33,579 bases of DNA from Octopus bimaculoides (GCF_001194135.2 NC_068994.1:9111129-9144707); one strand, 5' to 3'; shown: positions 11,243 to 24,276, counted from the first letter of the stretch. Numbers and translations are program-made. The notes: generated by a model from the sequence alone, not told the origin.

Positions 11243-12742
11243 AATCCGCACTGCTCTCTAATACGCTTCTTTGTTGTCTTTATATCCGTTTCTCAGAATT
11301 TTACCATTGTGTTTATAGCTCTCGTGTTTATCTTGTAATTTCGTTTCTATATCCGTGGAATAGTTTTACATAATGCATGTTTCGTAATCTTTTATTACCC
11401 TATTGAAGCTACGTTTTTACTCTGTTAACTATTTCTATACAACCATTGTGATTTGTTTGAATACGTAGTTCCATCAATATTTATGTGATTTTCGTGCGTC
11501 TCACAAGTATTCCACAGTATCACAATATTAAGATTTGGAATTTAGGTTCGAAAGGATTTCGTTCCTTTTTAACTATTTATTTTCTTGTCATTATACTTAT
11601 CGGAACTTTACAATTCAGTAAACATCAAATGCATTAAGATTAATTTCAAATTACGATAATGTATTAATATATTCCTAGCTGTCGCAAGGATCTTGGAACA
11701 CAAGTCAAATTCACGAAGAGTCGAATCGGCAATGCAGTTTTACTCTTAAATTATAGCATTATTTTGTGTAGGCATAAATAGTTATAACCACACATCGCTG
11801 CCTGTTGCTAACCAATCAAAATATATTGAATGATATTACAGTCAGTGCGCAATGCTGTTCTTCAACAGCAGCTCAGAAATAATCTTTCAGAAGTATGATA
11901 AAAATGCGTAAAATTCGTAATTAGTTCGTTGCCTTAGAAGCCGAAGTCTCTTTAAGGATACAATTTTGGGGAAAATTTCTTTGTGTTGTTTGATATTTAC
12001 TTGAGGTCTCTTTTGTGGTCAAGAACATATTAAACTATTGAATCGGAGAAACATGGATTGATGGAATTCGTGTCATTTTGAATGAAAGGCACATCGGTGT
12101 CCTTTCATTTTACAGGGTTTCTCATTTAAGATTTACTTCCAAATGCAGGTGAGAGAGAACTATAAATTTTATTGATTAGACATAAAAAAAAAAAGATTTA
12201 GAATCATTGCACTCGCGTCAAATAATTTGGCCTGCAAGAACTGATAAAATGGTGCATGACAGTCTCACTGAACATTGAACGAAAAATTCCATTACTAAAT
12301 ATATTCCATTACGAGATCTCGAAACAATGAACAAGTAAGACACGACAACATTGTGCATTTCACCAATTGTAATTAGTACAGGATATTAAAATTGAATTGT
12401 AGAAGACTTGAATTTCTGAAAAGTATTCCTTTTTATGTGGTAGAAACTAACTTTGGAAAAATTAATAATTGCATGTCTAAATCCCATGGAGTACATATTT
12501 TTATAAATTTACATTAAAATTGAATCACCCTATGCGTTGAATTTTTGTTTCTTAAAACTTCTTGCTGATTTAGTTTAAGAAATATACGTTTTTATGAAGA
12601 ATATGATAGAAAAAAATTATATCCTATTAAAATAATAACGCGTCGAATGACTTCTTCATGTCGATTTCAGTAAATGATTTTCAATTCTACAAGCCTCGAG
12701 CATCAAGCACTCACTATGATCGATTTTGGTCGATACACATAC

Positions 12743-12794
12743 ACACATACACACAGACAGAATATACACACACGGCCCATTCACACACTCACAC

Positions 12795-12827
<33 letters not shown>
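12743..12827. repeat. (CA)n imperfect microsatellite
   Basis: Seen directly. Confidence 0.85.
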
Positions 12828-13372
12828 TGAAAAGGAGAAGACAATAAAGAAAATTCTCTAACACATCTTTAATTATAAGTTACAATTGTTTCCGTACCAT
12901 CTCTATTTGCACTGCTACTTCACGCAATAGTTCAAAGTGGAAATTCAGACCTTGAGGGACGCACAATGTGACAATACAGCGTTGAAGCATGTCTGATGAA
13001 GTATCTCTCTAGTGTCTAAAACTGCAAACGTTACGCGAATTTCCATTTACAATTTTTACGTAAACTGGTGCTGCAAATAGAGATGATACACAATTGTAAC
13101 TTGTAATTAAAGAGGTATTAAAGAATTTTCTTCGTCTTCTTATTCTTTTCATTGGATTATTTACACGTCGCCAAACTCACTTTAAGGTATAATATCTGAA
13201 AAATTTGGATTTTCGACACCTGAATTATTACGGCTTTCGCTGGGAAGACGATAGTGTTGATGGACCAGTATTCGGGTCGAGTGCGTCCCTGGAAATACGT
13301 TAATTCGGCAATTAAAATATAGCTGAAGTTTGAAAATTATTGCAAAGTTATTAGTGTGAATATAGCATATGT

Positions 13373-13669
13373 AAAGAAGAAGAAGAAGAAGAAGAAGAAG
13401 AAGAAGAAGAAGAAGAAGAAGAAGAAGAAGAAGAAGAAGAAGAAGAAGAAGAAGAAGAAGANNNNNNNNNNNNNNNNNNNNNNNNNNNNNNNNNNNNNNN
13501 NNNNNNNNNNNNNNNNNNNNNNNNNNNNNNNNNNNNNNNNNNNNNNNNNNNNNNNNNNNNNNNNNNNNNNNNNNNNNNNNNNNNNNNNNNNNNNNNNNNN
13601 NNNNNNNNNNNNNNNNNNNNNNNNNNNNNNNNNNNNNNNNNNNNNNNNNNNNNNNNNNNNNNNNNNNNN

Positions 13670-13721
<52 letters not shown>
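13373..13721. repeat. (AAG)n, gap 13462-13669, (CA)n
   Basis: Seen directly. Confidence 0.95.
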
Positions 13722-13724
<3 letters not shown>

Positions 13725-14361
13725 GTGTCTTTGTTGGTATGCATGTTTAAATAAATATAAGCAAAGCGAAGCGTGCACACGTGTATAAACAAAATATACC
13801 GATATAAACAAGTAGGTTAATTAAAATCATTGTCTATAATACGCCGAATATTGTATATATCAGTCTCCTCTTCTTTTATCTATGTCATATACATATGTGT
13901 ATGTGTGTATGTGTGTGCGTGTATGTGTATGTATGCGTATGTGGATAAGAACGCCGAGATGTAAACGATATCGATGTGCGTGTCTCTCCGTCTTTGTTTA
14001 CCTAAGCATATGAATAATGTTATAATGTGCTAATGATGCGTCTATTGAAAGAAAGCAGATAACGTTCATTTTGAGAATTAGATAATTAGAATTCATTCAT
14101 TAAATCCTGTTGAAGTTCATAAAAATATTGATTGAATATCAGTTAATTAATCGATAGAATCTTAAACATCATTCTGGTCTATATACAAATATAAGCCACG
14201 AATGAAAAAGTAAACACATTTTCTTACTATCTCTGTCTTATTACACACTGATATTAAATAAGTACGTCTTTACTTTGTCTCAGAATGAGGGTTTCTAACT
14301 AATATAGGTTTAAGATGTAATCAATAAAGATATTCAGCAGACGACAAAGCATCGAAATACT

Positions 14362-14580
14362 TTTCAAATGGTTTTGCATTTGGAACAAGACCAGAAACTT
14401 CAAGGGAAGTGGATAAATCGATTACATCGACCTCAGTTCCTAACCGCTACTTAATCTATAGATTCCGGAATGACAAAAGGCAAAATGACTCCTGTTGGCA
14501 TGTGAATTTCAAAACGTAAAGACGGACGTAATGCCTATAAGCATTTTACCCGGCGTGTTAAAAATTCTGCCAGATCGCCG
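14362..14580 (-). mobile_element. CORE-type SINE (OR1/OR2-like), diverged
   Basis: The reverse complement cggcgatctggcagaatttttaacacgccgggtaaaatgctt...ttttgccttttgtcattccgg...gaggtcgatgtaatcgattt aligns with the copies at 15696 and 30951. Confidence 0.85.
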
Positions 14581-14689
14581 TATAAAATACGTTTATTGTT
14601 GATATATTCGTGAAGAATTGTAGTTATACGGTTGTACAATTTTAATTGATTAAAGTTATATTATATTCCACAAAAGACTCCAGTGTTTT

Positions 14690-15012
14690 TTGAAGCACTG
14701 TGGCTGATGTGACTGAAAAACCGAGAGCTATGGCAGCTGAGTGCAAATGCCTTCTAAGGCCTCCTTTGCCGGGAAAATCAGAGGATTATTCAAGATGATT
14801 ATAGACCACTCTTTATTACATACCACTTCTGTTCAGAGGTGAAAATGATTCTCACTACTTAGTAAGAGTACCAAGCTACGGAGGCATAGATGAAAATTCA
14901 AACCCCACCCGACATGGAAGATGTACCAAGAACATCTCTAGATGAGACTAGAACAGCGGCGAAAAGTTGTAAATGTCCTATCGCCCGTAGTGTGTGAAGG
15001 GCCTGAGTAAGA
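14690..15012 (+). mobile_element. Probable degraded 3' end of an RTE-clade LINE
   Basis: The peptides VTEKPRAMAAECKCLLRPPL and LEQRRKVVNVLSP resemble the RTE post-RT motifs (TEKRIQAFENKCLRKLL; DR-x2-WRKVV). It ends in gaagggcctgagtaag, like an RTE tail. There are many stops and frameshifts. Confidence 0.35.
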
Positions 15013-15510
15013 AGATTTCCTTTAAATAAAGTATTTTCGTCTTATCTTTTTTAGTGTAGTATTGTTGTTTAAATATGTTTTCATCTATAACCATGAAATT
15101 ATCGAAGTTATCGAATTAATTTTAGGATGTAGTTTACGAAATTTAGATTATTAGAGAATCGCAGAAACGTTTTTTGCTATTGATGTCATGAGCTCAAACG
15201 AAGAGATTATCCTTTAATTAGATTTTATTCATAGGTTAAAAAAAAATTCTTTGAAAATACTGTAGACACTTCGCTGTATAATTGAAAGGAAAGTCTATAT
15301 CACGATGAGAAATGTAAAACAAGAATGTACATTAAAGTACAGCATATATAGGTTAAAACATGTTAGAAAGACAAAGAAATGATAGAAAAATCGAAAGTGA
15401 AAATCAGAAGTAAATATTCAAGCAAATATCTAGGAATCGAGAGGAATAATAAGTTGCAATTTAGACAACAAATAGTTACTGTTTTAGGACTTAATGTTAT
15501 TATTCGATGT

Positions 15511-15695
15511 GGCAGTGCGTGGCTTATTGGTTAGGGTGTTCATATGGCCGTAAGATTTCGGTTTTGATTTCACGTTGTTCCGGTATACTCAGCTAGCAAA
15601 AAATGAGTTATCCTGCGTCGGACCGGTGTCCAGTCAAGGTGAGAAAATTATACGCCATGGAAACCAGATGACCGGCCCTATGAGTATATTTGAAA
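15511..15695 (+). mobile_element. tRNA-derived SINE, internally deleted (Meta-domain-like body)
   Basis: Head gcgtggcttattggttagggtgtt, followed by body atcctgcgtcggaccggtgtccagtc...atacgccatggaaaccagatgaccggccc. Confidence 0.7.
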
Positions 15696-16030
15696 GGCGA
15701 CGAGCTGACACTATCGTTAGCATGCCAGCCAAAATGGTTCGAGGCAGTTCATAGTCTTTACATTGTGAGTACAAATTCCACCGAGACCGACTTTGCCTTT
15801 CATCCATTCAGGAGTTGTTAAAAAAACAGAAACGGACCCGTTAAGCACTAGAGTAGATGGAAATCGACNNNNNNNNNNNNNNNNNNNNNNNNNNNNNNNN
15901 NNNNNNNNNNNNNNNNNNNNNNNNNNNNNNNNNNNNNNNNNNNNNNNNNNNNNNNNNNNNNNNNNNNNNNNNNNNNNNNNNNNNNNNNNNNNNNNNNNNN
16001 NTTACTGACCTTGTGCCAATATTTGAAATT
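15696..16030 (+). mobile_element. CORE-type SINE (OR1/OR2-like) interrupted by gap 15869-16001
   Basis: Head ggcgacgagctgacactatcgttagcatgcc, CORE-like gaccgactttgcctttcatccattcagg, and tail gaccttgtgccaatatttgaaat. Confidence 0.85.
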
Positions 16031-19000
16031 ACTATTTTACTACTCATGATATATTTTTCCATATTTCGATAAGTGTAGTCTCACACCCTTAAGTTTTGAG
16101 TCAGAATAGGCGTCGGTAACGATATCCTGATTGAAATAGCTTATGTAATATTTGAGAGAAAAATATCAAATAAGTATTATAAACAAATATATAGTATTTT
16201 TTAAATCAAAATCAAAGGTGTGTTTTCATTAAAATTACGATATTAATATGTGGAAAGTGACTCCAGGCCTTAAAGCTACTTTCACTCTTGAAAAACATCT
16301 GCATGACTGCTAAATGTTGCTGAATATAATACAGAGCTTATGTCGTTCATCTTCAAGGCACATTCAATACAAGTGTCAAGAACCTACAACACTAAACCTT
16401 GGGTTCACTAGGTATGGTAGCCGGTGGCACAGTTCTCCAATTACCACAATTTACTGTATGATTCCGAGAAAAAACAATTATATTTGACTTTTTCCCATAT
16501 TTGGGTAGTTGTTTTTTATTTCTTTTACATCCTGTATTTATATATATTAATTTGTTCAGATTTTGTTTCTATTTATATAAGGTTACACATTTTTAGTTCA
16601 AATCCTGAAGGCATCAATTAAAGAGACCTGACTATATAGTGCAAGATATTTTTCGAAGCGCACTACAAACTTAGCCAGTCGTCAAATATTTTGTGACCGT
16701 TTGTTTAATATTATGGATGTTTATGCTACAGGCGTACTCATTAAAAGAACAACTTCATTGCATCCACTATCAGGAAAGGGGGCCATGAATAAGGTAAAAC
16801 TGTTATGATTACACGCAATTCGGATCTAGCTGCATTTTACTTAACTAAATGCAAAGCAAAATATGCTGTATTCTCAGTCCTTCCCAACTTCAGTATAAAT
16901 CGTAAACGATGCTCTATATCACGAGAACTATATTGTGGAAAAACAATCACCACTGTATAAATAATTTGAATTGTAACTTCATTACATTTCAGCACATAGG
17001 GTCTAAAGAATCTGCAAGTAGTTCTGAGAATGCCATAGGTGTACATTTCGATAACTACATGCAGATGCTTGATTTATTAAAAGCTTGTTCAGATAATAAT
17101 ACACGTTATCACCGATTTATTGTTTTTATTTGTCTATAAAGAATTCGACAATGTGAAAATCCTCCTCCAACAACGATTTCCTTAAAGATTATAATGATCA
17201 CATTAGATGACCACTGATAATTACTGGTGTCGTCATTTAAAAAAAGTATATCATAATATATAGAAACCATTTAAGAATCTAAACAGTATCAGGGATTGGG
17301 CAAATCACATTCTCAAATAAAATTCCAGTTAACCATTTTGATAAGCGTATAACAGTTCTAGATATCCGTTTAGACAGAACGAAATTCAGGAAGCAAGCCT
17401 ATGGCGAAATATCAATAGTTGGTTGAGATATATATTTACGAAGCTGTAATTGGCTACCTTTATAATGTTACCAGTTTTCCAATACTTAATTGTTTTGTTT
17501 ATGTAAAGCAATCCAGTAGAATGGCTTTCCTTTGTAAATAGATATTTGCAAATCCTAATTTGAAATATTCCTATCTAGGTATCAATAAGGTCGCAATGAA
17601 TCGGTTCAGTGGATATTTATCATGACATTTACGGTATTCATTATTAACGTACAAATAATATTGATTCTACGTCAATGAAAAACAAATTCAATCTTTTTAT
17701 AACAAAATAATGGAACGCCATAACATTTTAGTAAATGTAAAAAAAAATTTAAAAAAACATATCGCAATATTTATTTGATTTAAGAATAAATTTTGTCATA
17801 ATTTTTGTGCATATTGTCTGTTATTCATTCTAACACATTTTTTAACGTATAGCCAATTCCTTTTATACCAGAATATGGAGAAAGAATTTCGTATGGGAGA
17901 TGTCATCTGTCTTCCTAAGAGGAATTGAAGCGTTTATGCACCACATAGTTATTTTTTTCGTAAATAGAGATCTAAGCAATTTCTGTGCCTTGTTATATTG
18001 AATATGCCACATTTCGAAACAGTTAGTGATTTCCCATGACTAGCTTCGAAGATTAACACGAATAAATAGGAACTTGTAATGAGATTTTGAAAAATACGTG
18101 GATTTCTCAAGAGTCTCTTGGACGTAGTAAAATTGAAGTGAATTGGCATCAAATGAGAACCGAAACCAAATGCCTGGCATAGAAATGTAGAAGATATGCT
18201 TACGTTTTTTTTTCTATACAGCGTCTCACATTATCTTTTCAGAATGCTATTGAAAGATAAATTTCACACTTCAAAAGTGTATGACACACTTAAAATTAAT
18301 ACATATATTCTCGAATCATATTTTAAGGTGATAAAATAAAAATGCAACTATTTGAAGAAAAACGAGAAATGTAACGCTGGGAATGAAAAGTTTAACGTAA
18401 ACACAAAGACAAGAGTTGTTTTTTTGTTATCGAATTTTACACGTATCGAAAAGTACAAAGAAAGAATTCTATAAATCCTTGTTTTCTTGCTTGTTAAAAT
18501 ATGTTCAATTATTTTTTAACCTTTCTCTATATTTCCATTTGTAACACTTTGTAGTTGTCATCAACAAGCACACAAAATAAACGTCGAGTTCACACACGTA
18601 ATACATTGAAAAATACTCTTCCAAGTAATTTCTGCGCGTAAAATGAAATTGCTGACATGATAGTGCTTAGTACTGACAACACAAACTGAAATGTGTGTTA
18701 CATCTTATGCAATCCTTTGCATTATGCTAGATATTGGTGAAGGCATGAGCTGTAAGGTCATCAGCTTTTATGATTATCATAACGTGCAGTGAAATTCTGC
18801 GAAATTGTAATAAACGAGTAATTTTGTATAATTTCAAAACCATATCAGATCAGTCCATATATGGAATTAGAAGCGACCGTCAGTTTCCTCTTGATTTTTT
18901 TTCTTGCAATACAAAATGACTAGCAACACGGCAGTGAGGTAATATACTTTGTACGCAGTTGCCCATGGGCATCCGCACACACACACGCACATATATTCAT

Positions 19001-19037
19001 ACAGATACACCCACACACACTCATATTGGTATACTCA

Positions 19038-19158
19038 TAGTTACAGGGTATTGCCCCTTGTCAATGCAGAGCAACGGAACCCAGCAGGCGTCGCTACTGA
19101 CTGTCTGTACGAAGGTTATTTATCTAATTTCAGGACAAGGGGCAATTCCCTGAAACTA
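19038..19158. mobile_element. MITE-like element: 25-bp terminal inverted repeats (23/25 match) with TA at both ends
   Basis: tagttacagggtattgccccttgtc (19038-19062) pairs with gacaaggggcaattccctgaaacta (19134-19158). Confidence 0.6.
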
Positions 19159-19396
19159 GTCTAGTCTGCAGATGCCAAACCAACAAGGGGAAGTTGCTGA
19201 TCTCCACTGTTCGAAGGTTATAAAGGACACAGGTTCGTGTGTCACATAGCTAGCTAGAGACGATGGCCTCTTGGAACTAATCAACGGCAGCATTCGTCCT
19301 ATTTTTGGGACTGCCATGTTGGCTTAGCGATTACTATTAATATCCAGTACCGCTGCCGTAGTTTCCTTTAGAGAGACTTAGAAATATTAATATCTC

Positions 19397-19399
<3 letters not shown>

Positions 19400-19435
<36 letters not shown>

Positions 19436-19470
19436 ATACATACACACAGACACACACGCATATGTATAAA
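19400..19470. repeat. (TA)n/(CA)n microsatellite
   Basis: Seen directly. Confidence 0.9.
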
Positions 19471-20238
19471 TGTAGTAGGCGTGTAAAAGAACAAGACGTT
19501 GGACAGTCTATCGCATTATACATTGTTACTATCTCCTCGGCGATTTCCAAGTGTATTTATCAACTAATCTCTCGCGCGCTCTCTATATCCCTTTTCTTCA
19601 GGATTTATTGATGCTTTTGATAAAAGAAATACTAAAGGAGATTAACAAATACTAACTAATGCAGTATGGCTGTGCAATAATAGGATTTCATGGGAAAAAC
19701 ACATCATCGCCAGAAGCTCAGTTAATCGTCATTCTTGCTCTTGTGAAATGTGACGAATTTGTTTTATTTGATTGAAACATATTGAAACATGGATAATTCA
19801 AGTTTGAAAGCAAGGAAATAGCGGTAGGTTTCTTCTGTATTACACTAAGTTGTATAAAACCAACCCTTTTAGAAAATCAATGTGGCTGTTGGAGATCTGA
19901 TATTTTTAATAAACATGTACCGAATTCAACTTCAATCTCAATCTTGAATACTTTGTTGATGGATCATCCGAACAGACTGTGATTGTAAGTCCTCGGCATA
20001 ATGTTCAGAGTGAGTTTATATTGTAAATTCCACGTGTTTTAACTCTGACTTAACCTAATTACGTACTAAAACTCGCAGATGCACCCGTGAACAAGCAAAA
20101 ACACACTTGTATGTTATATTAGCAAAGAAATTGAGATATTGCTTGATCTATTACCGCCAACATTAGTTACTTATTCCGTCCTATATCTTTTTATCTTTTA
20201 TCTATTTACCTTCTCATTGTCTTCTCTATTGTTTTACA

Positions 20239-20307
<69 letters not shown>
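20239..20307. repeat. (CT)n(TA)n compound microsatellite
   Basis: Seen directly. Confidence 0.95.
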
Positions 20308-20309
<2 letters not shown>

Positions 20310-20536
20310 ACCTGTCTATCACTCTATCTATATACCTACCACATTAAAGTCTTCTCACAAAGACCATATGTATATATATAAAAAATAGGACCGTAGAAAA
20401 NNNNNNNNNNAGTCTTGTTTCGATTTTTTCCTTGTAAATAATTATATATATAATTATTAATTTAATATATAAATTGCTTACTTCCATGCTGACTAGCTGG
20501 TAATTATCATTAACATGATTTTTATCCTTGTTTCAT

Positions 20537-20537
20537 A

Positions 20538-20590
<53 letters not shown>

Positions 20591-20660
20591 CTTATACATA
20601 CATACATATATATATATACATACACACACCAACATACATACACGCACAGACACACACGCA
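20537..20660. repeat. (TG)/(TA)/(TACA)/(CA) compound microsatellite
   Basis: Seen directly. Confidence 0.9.
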
Positions 20661-21928
20661 CTCATGCATGTATTCAATGTGTTTATGATGACGATGATTC
20701 TGTCGAAAATATTGTTCAGGAAAGACACGTTAAGTGAACTGTCCCTTCTTTGCAGTATCAACCTAAAATAGGTAAGAGATACGAATTGGAAATAGCTTTT
20801 TAGTAATGGTTTGTAACAACTTTTAAAATAGCGAAAACAAAAAGCATTGCCTTAATCAAATTCTTCTTACACACATTGCGTAGTACAAAATAATAGCAGA
20901 TCATAAAGAGATCTTTCTGTCACTTTTATTCTGTTTATATTACTGTTGTTTTTAGTTTACGACTTTCCTCCTTCAGGTGCTTCTTTTCATTTCCTAATGA
21001 ACTGCATTGTTTACATTTCTATAAGGACTGGCACTCACATGAATCATACATCTCTGACGTATGCAGATAATTTGTATCTTTTCTCAAACTTGCATTTGCA
21101 GTTGTATTCAACAACGGTTTTCATAAACTTCGCTTTAATTTACAGATCCTTTTTTCTATCAGCAATGCCATTTAAAAGATGGCATATACACTTTCCAATC
21201 ATCTGTCAATCCCAAGTGGAATATGCTGCCTATGACATGCAACTAAAGCAAAATTCGGTCTTTGATGGATTCTTGTGTGTGTCTTTCCTTTTGCTATTTC
21301 TTCAAATGACTAGAGAAAATAGCTTAAACTATAGATTTGCGGTTCATAATTTCAAGACTGTTGATGGTTCTTTGTGAAATGTAGAGACTGTTTGGAAAAG
21401 TAGACAAGTTCGTTTAACATTTGATTAACCTTAACTTGTTCTGTGATCCCATGTCTTACAAAGCTTTCCTGTGAGATATATAAGTACATAGACGTGTTTA
21501 TTGTGAAATAATATATATGTCAAGTGCGAAAGTCAGCCAGCACCCGCACAATATAAAACCGCTGATTATTATCTTTTAACTTTCTAAATTAGACTATATT
21601 CATCGAAAGCCGAGAGTAATTTTTAAGAAAATTTTGGCACGAAGGAATATCAAATGGCTAGAGGTATTTAGAATATGAGTGCGACCAGCGTGAAATTCCA
21701 GTTCATGAATTCTATATGACAGTACACGTCATAAGTCGGGCTTATGAGAGCAAAGACATCCTCATTTTCCATTAACTGCCGACTTCTAAAGATTTTAATC
21801 GAAAAGACGGTAAATCGGTTTTCTTTGTTTAGTTAAATGAAAGGTATGTACAGATGATACAGCTGAATATATTGAAGACAGACTCAGGAGCAGTGCATGC
21901 CATCAGAGTGACACTGGTGTTTTTGTTA

Positions 21929-21930
<2 letters not shown>

Positions 21931-22026
<96 letters not shown>

Positions 22027-22591
22027 NNNNNNNNNNNNNNNNNNNNNNNNNNNNNNNNNNNNNNNNNNNNNNNNNNNNNNNNNNNNNNNNNNNNNNNNNN
22101 NNNNNNNNNNNNNNNNNNNNNNNNNNNNNNNNNNNNNNNNNNNNNNNNNNNNNNNNNNNNNNNNNNNNNNNNNNNNNNNNNNNNNNNNNNNNNNNNNNNN
22201 NNNNNNNNNNNNNNNNNNNNNNNNNNNNNNNNNNNNNNNNNNNNNNNNNNNNNNNNNNNNNNNNNNNNNNNNNNNNNNNNNNNNNNNNNNNNNNNNNNNN
22301 NNNNNNNNNNNNNNNNNNNNNNNNNNNNNNNNNNNNNNNNNNNNNNNNNNNNNNNNNNNNNNNNNNNNNNNNNNNNNNNNNNNNNNNNNNNNNNNNNNNN
22401 NNNNNNNNNNNNNNNNNNNNNNNNNNNNNNNNNNNNNNNNNNNNNNNNNNNNNNNNNNNNNNNNNNNNNNNNNNNNNNNNNNNNNNNNNNNNNNNNNNNN
22501 NNNNNNNNNNNNNNNNNNNNNNNNNNNNNNNNNNNNNNNNNNNNNNNNNNNNNNNNNNNNNNNNNNNNNNNNNNNNNNNNNNNNNNNNNNN
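21931..22591. repeat. (TTA)n microsatellite running into gap 22027-22591
   Basis: Seen directly. Confidence 0.95.
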
Positions 22592-23859
22592 GTGTGGTAC
22601 ATACACATAGAGATCAGTGGAGATATAAGGTTTCGAAATTTTAGTCAAATATTATTTCTTTCTCGCTGTCTTACTACAAATATGTCTACAAAATTTCTGA
22701 GCCACGACTCTCGAAAGAAAAACATGTCGTAAATCTAAAACTGTCACGTACTCAGCCTATAAAATGAACATAAAAACCTTATTCACACAAAAAGTCATTT
22801 TTACAAAGAAGGAAAGGATGAAACAATATTCATGACAATTGATTTGAAGTCTTGGTTAGTATAAATAATGCTAGCGTCACTTTTTTCAGCATTTGCAAAT
22901 GTACACGCGCGACTGCAGCACCACCTGCTAATTCTGGAACGTTAGAAATGTGATAGGGTTTTTTTTTAGTGACAAGCAAATTGTAGGAACTAGGTCGGGG
23001 TAGCATTTGACGACGAATCAATAAGAGATCGGACAAAAAGAAAAAATAATTCTATATAGCAAAATAGCGGAGAAATCGGAATAGCTACAAAAGAGCAGCT
23101 GGAAGAAGCCTTCCTTGAAGCAACAAACTACAATCCCTCGATTGAATGTATCAGAATTGGACCGAAGCAAAACGCTTTCAGACAACTCAGCAAAATAGGG
23201 AAACTTTTTAGATGGTGATACGTAGAATGAACTGTACATTTATCACCCAAAATGTAAGGTAGATCAATATAAATGAGCGGCTCAAGCATATTTGGTAACG
23301 ATAATGAGGCGTACCTACTTGAAACAACTGTGTATATGGACCCCTATTTGGATCCCTTTTTGCCATTCACCATCAGGTAATCGAAAATGATGATGATTGC
23401 CTTGGATACGAAGGCCTAATTTTCCCCGAAATTCACAAAACATGTTAGAGCTATTCTTAGTTGAAATTTTGGAGACCAAAAGCATGAAGATATGATACAA
23501 TGCAAAATGCCCATTTGTTTTATATATGATATTGAAAACCATTTGCCTTATTATTAATATTAACAGTATTATTAATAATGTTATTATTATTAGTAATTTC
23601 ATTATAATATTAAATTAGCAGTAATATTATTATTAGTAGTAATAGCAGGAGAGCAGTGAGTGACCAACAAACAGTTTTCGAGCTTGAAAATAAACGTTTT
23701 CTGTCATTTATTCGAGTTCTCGTTATTCCTAACTTTGCTCTTCCAGACAAATAACGGCCGACAGGAAAATAATGTTCCATCCAGCCTAGAACGAATCTCG
23801 ATGGAACCGATGATGTCTTTCCTTCAAATTTGTTGACATTCTACCGCAATTAATGGCCG

Positions 23860-23980
23860 TTCTTCTTCTCCTTCTTCTTCTTCTTCTTCTTCTTCTTCTT
23901 CTTCTTCTTCTTCTTCTTCTTCTTCTTCTTCTTCTTCTTCTTCTTCTTCTTCTTCTTCTTCTTCTTCTTCTTCATCGTCG

Positions 23981-24038
<58 letters not shown>

Positions 24039-24200
24039 TGCCTTGAGCATCAGCACCATCATCATCAACATCACCACTATTAGAATTAGCAGCAATAGGA
24101 GACGTATCACATGTAGTCGCATCAGCAAAGCAGCAGCAATAACAACAGCATCACCATCAGCAACAGCAGTGTAAGCAGCGGCAGCAGCACCGGCACCGTT

Positions 24201-24237
<37 letters not shown>

Positions 24238-24276
24238 CAGCAGTAGTAGTTAGACCATCGTCATCATAACCACCAC

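Noticed and set aside
16731-17037. Possible two-exon chain GVLIKRTTSLHPLSGKGAMNK / HIGSKESASSSENAI
   Set aside because: The donors are weak (GTAAAA, GTGTAC) and there is no recognisable homology.
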